Of a stretch of 64,000 nt of DNA, positions 61,270 to 64,000 are shown piece after piece (position 1 is the stretch's first letter; every line of letters starts with the position of its first letter). Source of the DNA: Hemiscyllium ocellatum (lineage: Eukaryota). The notes under the pieces were generated by a model that was given only the letters and a program-made list of their open reading frames with translations, was not told the origin of the DNA and ran no database searches. The stretch lies in contig NW_026867509.1 of the NCBI RefSeq assembly GCF_020745735.1, positions 496,001-560,000 on the forward strand, given 5' to 3'. Position numbers and translations under genes: made by a program.

Positions 61270-63720
61270 ACTGATACTATATTAATCATTTTAATCATTT
61301 TGCAGAGAAGATCCACTCTGTTTGGCTGTACCATTTATTTCCTGGTCTTCACAGATCTCCTTGTTATTTTTACAACGTTGTAATACTAAACTGTATTGGT
61401 AAATTTTAATTCGCGTTCAATTTCCTGTCTATCCAATCGATGTGCAGTATCCATTTTGTCTTAATTGATTCAATTTCGAAGAATTATTCCTGTCTAACAA
61501 ATGATTTCGCTTTTGATCAACTTGTGTCAATTTGTTGTCAGAGCTGAAATACACATATTGCACTAAGAAGACCGCAACACAATTTAAGCAATGTAGAACA
61601 CAGAACATTCCAATGCAGAATTGACCCGTTGGACCTCCATGTTGTGCCACTCTGGACCACTCTGAAGCCTATCTGCGCGAAAATATTCCATCTTCATCCG
61701 TATGTTTATTCAATCACCATTTAAATGCCCTTAAATTTGGCGAGTCTACTACTGTTGCAAGTAGTGTGCTCCATGCCGCTGAGTGAAGAAACTTCCTCTG
61801 ACATCCATCCAATATCTATCATCCTTAAAGGAAAGCCATGCCCTGGCGTGTCAGCCATCAGCATCCAGGGAAAAAGGGTCTCTCTGCCGACTCTATCTAA
61901 CCCTATGATTATCTTATAAATCTTCTTTAAGTCCGGAATCAACCTTCGTCTCTCTGACGAAAATAGCCTCAAATCATTCAGCCTTTCCTCAGAAGACCTT
62001 ACCTCCATTATGGGAGCATCTAAGTAAATTTCTTCTGCACCCTTTCCAAAGCTTCCACATCCTTCATACAATATGGTGACCAGGAATGTACAATAAACTA
62101 TGCCAACTGCGGCCGCACCAGAGCATTGTACAGCTGCAGCATGACCTCATGGCTCAGAAACTCAATCCTGCTACCAATAAAAGTTCACACACCGTGTGCC
62201 TTCTTAACAAGCCTTTCAACCTGGTTGGCAACTTTTACGGATCTGTGTGCATGGACACCAAGGTCGCTCTTCTCATCGGATCTACCAAGAGTCTTACCAT
62301 TAGCCCAGTACTCTTTATTCCTGTTGATCCACCACATTGAATCACGTCACACTTTTCCACAATAAATTCCATTTGCCATCTCTCAGTTCCACTCTGGAGT
62401 TTATCCTTGCCCCTCTGTAATTGCAAAATTCTTCAGCACGATCCACAGCTCCACTGACATTCAGCTATACGCAAATTTATTAACGCATCTTCTGGGCTCT
62501 CAAATAGGACATTTATAAAAATGACAAGCAGCAGAAGCCCCAAAACAGACCCTTGCGGTAAACCACTAGTTACTGAACTCCGGGATGAACATTTCCTAAC
62601 AACCACATTAAAAACAGTAATAATTTAGCACCACTCCGTGTCTTCTTTCAGTTAACCAAGATGAGGTCGAACCCCTAAAATATACTCATTACCATGCTGA
62701 TAGATTTTGTGCAACAGTCTACCCTGGGCACATTATTAAACACATTATTAAAATCCATAAAAATCACATCACCTGCTTTACCCTTATCCAACTGTTTCGT
62801 GAGCATCTCAAGGAACTCATTAAGTTTACGAGGCACGATCTACCCTTCACAAAACCATGTTGGCTGTACCTAATCAACTTATTCCTGCCCAGATCCTTTT
62901 CAATTATCTCACTTCCAGCATTTTCCAACACTTTACCCACAACTGATCTAAGTCTCACTGGTCTATAATTACCAGGATTGTCTCTTCTCCTCTAACTGAA
63001 CAAGTCCACATTTTCTCTCCTCCAGTCTGACACTATTTCGGTAGACAACGACGACATAACAATCGAAACAAAAGGCTCGACCATCTCCTCCCTGGCTTTC
63101 AAGACAATCCTAGGAAAAATCTCATCTGGCCCACGTGAATAATCTATTTTCACACTTTCTAGAATGGCTCACACCTCCAGTTGCAACAGTCGTATTCACA
63201 CTGAACTTCATCAAAAATATATATGTTTATATGTGCACCTCGGCGCACAATAAAAGAAAACTGCTCCAGCGAATATTATATTCGTTATCTATGTTGGTTA
63301 CCTATGATTGGATCTGTAACATTTAATCGCATGTCTTCCATTTATACTGATTTTACTGCTCAATGTATTTTTATCAGATAAATTTCAATAGCCATGAAAT
63401 CATCTAGGACACACGACCACAGCAACAATAACCATAATCATAATGACCTAGAGATTGAAAAAAAGTAATAAAATGCCCATGTCTTTAGTCTTTATGGCCT
63501 AGGGTAGTTTTATCCTGTTCTATAGTTTTCCCGTGTAAAGGATGCTCTCTGCCACATTCAAACTGTCACTTATTTTGGAAGTTCCAGTTTTAGTGCATTA
63601 CCATTTATTCATTCTTCGTTTTTGTGTTCCTAACTTAATGCATTTAATTATACAGACATGCAGAATACATTCAGTTGAATTAAACACTGGGATAAAATAC
63701 CTCCTGAAACGATTTTTTCA
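61270..63720 (+). pseudogene. GPR139-like GPCR pseudogene split by CR1
   Basis: 5' part: YFLVFTDLLVIFT, FAFDQLVSICCQ, LKYTYCTKKTAT. 3' part: NDLEIEKK, GSFILFY, NAFNYTDMQNTF. Confidence 0.75.
61650..63190 (-). mobile_element. CR1 LINE RT fragment
   Basis: VGKVLE...SQHGFVKGRSCLVNL and DKLQSGTERWQMEF motifs. Confidence 0.85.
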
Positions 63721-64000
63721 CATTCTTTAAAGGCTAACGTAAGAAATCCCAGCATGAACTGAAAAGTAGAAGTCAATTTTTTATGTAAATCATTTTCACC
63801 CAACATACGTTCCCCTTTCCAATATATTTGCTTTTCCATTCGTATCGTGCACAAGAAGTTAGGAATCCATGTATGCAGCGCTCCATTCTGACAGAGGTCA
63901 ATTATGCATACTGTCTCTGTAAAGGACCTGTTTTGTGACCAGTGCTGGTTCGCGCCTTATTTTAATAATTCTTGAGGGCTCTGGAGATCTCTAGCTGCTG

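Overview
Cartilaginous-fish (shark) genomic DNA. The HE1 SINEs with a TAGAT-repeat tail suggest a bamboo or epaulette shark, but that is inference. The window looks like part of a T-cell receptor alpha/delta-type region. It holds at least nine V-segment pseudogenes in both orientations: TRAV-like, supporting-TCRdelta-V-like, one NAR-TCR V and one short NAR-length V. These are interleaved with a GPR139-like 7TM receptor family: one intact two-exon gene (14393-14489 + 23496-24403, 334 aa) and several pseudogenes. Repeats are Penelope-like elements (PLEs) with hammerhead motifs, CR1/L2 LINE fragments and HE1 SINEs. Three things stand out. (1) A 60-bp-period tandem array of 23-RSS signals lies behind a supporting-type Vdelta, with a decayed second copy behind the paralogous V. 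(2) A decayed NAR-TCR V plus supporting Vdelta cassette keeps both diagnostic extra cysteines. (3) A 5.35-kb TSD-flanked palindromic PLE dimer sits in the GPCR intron, one of four PLE fold-backs in the window. No functional V, no confident D/J segment and no constant exon was found. There are two N gaps. All alignments were done by eye.
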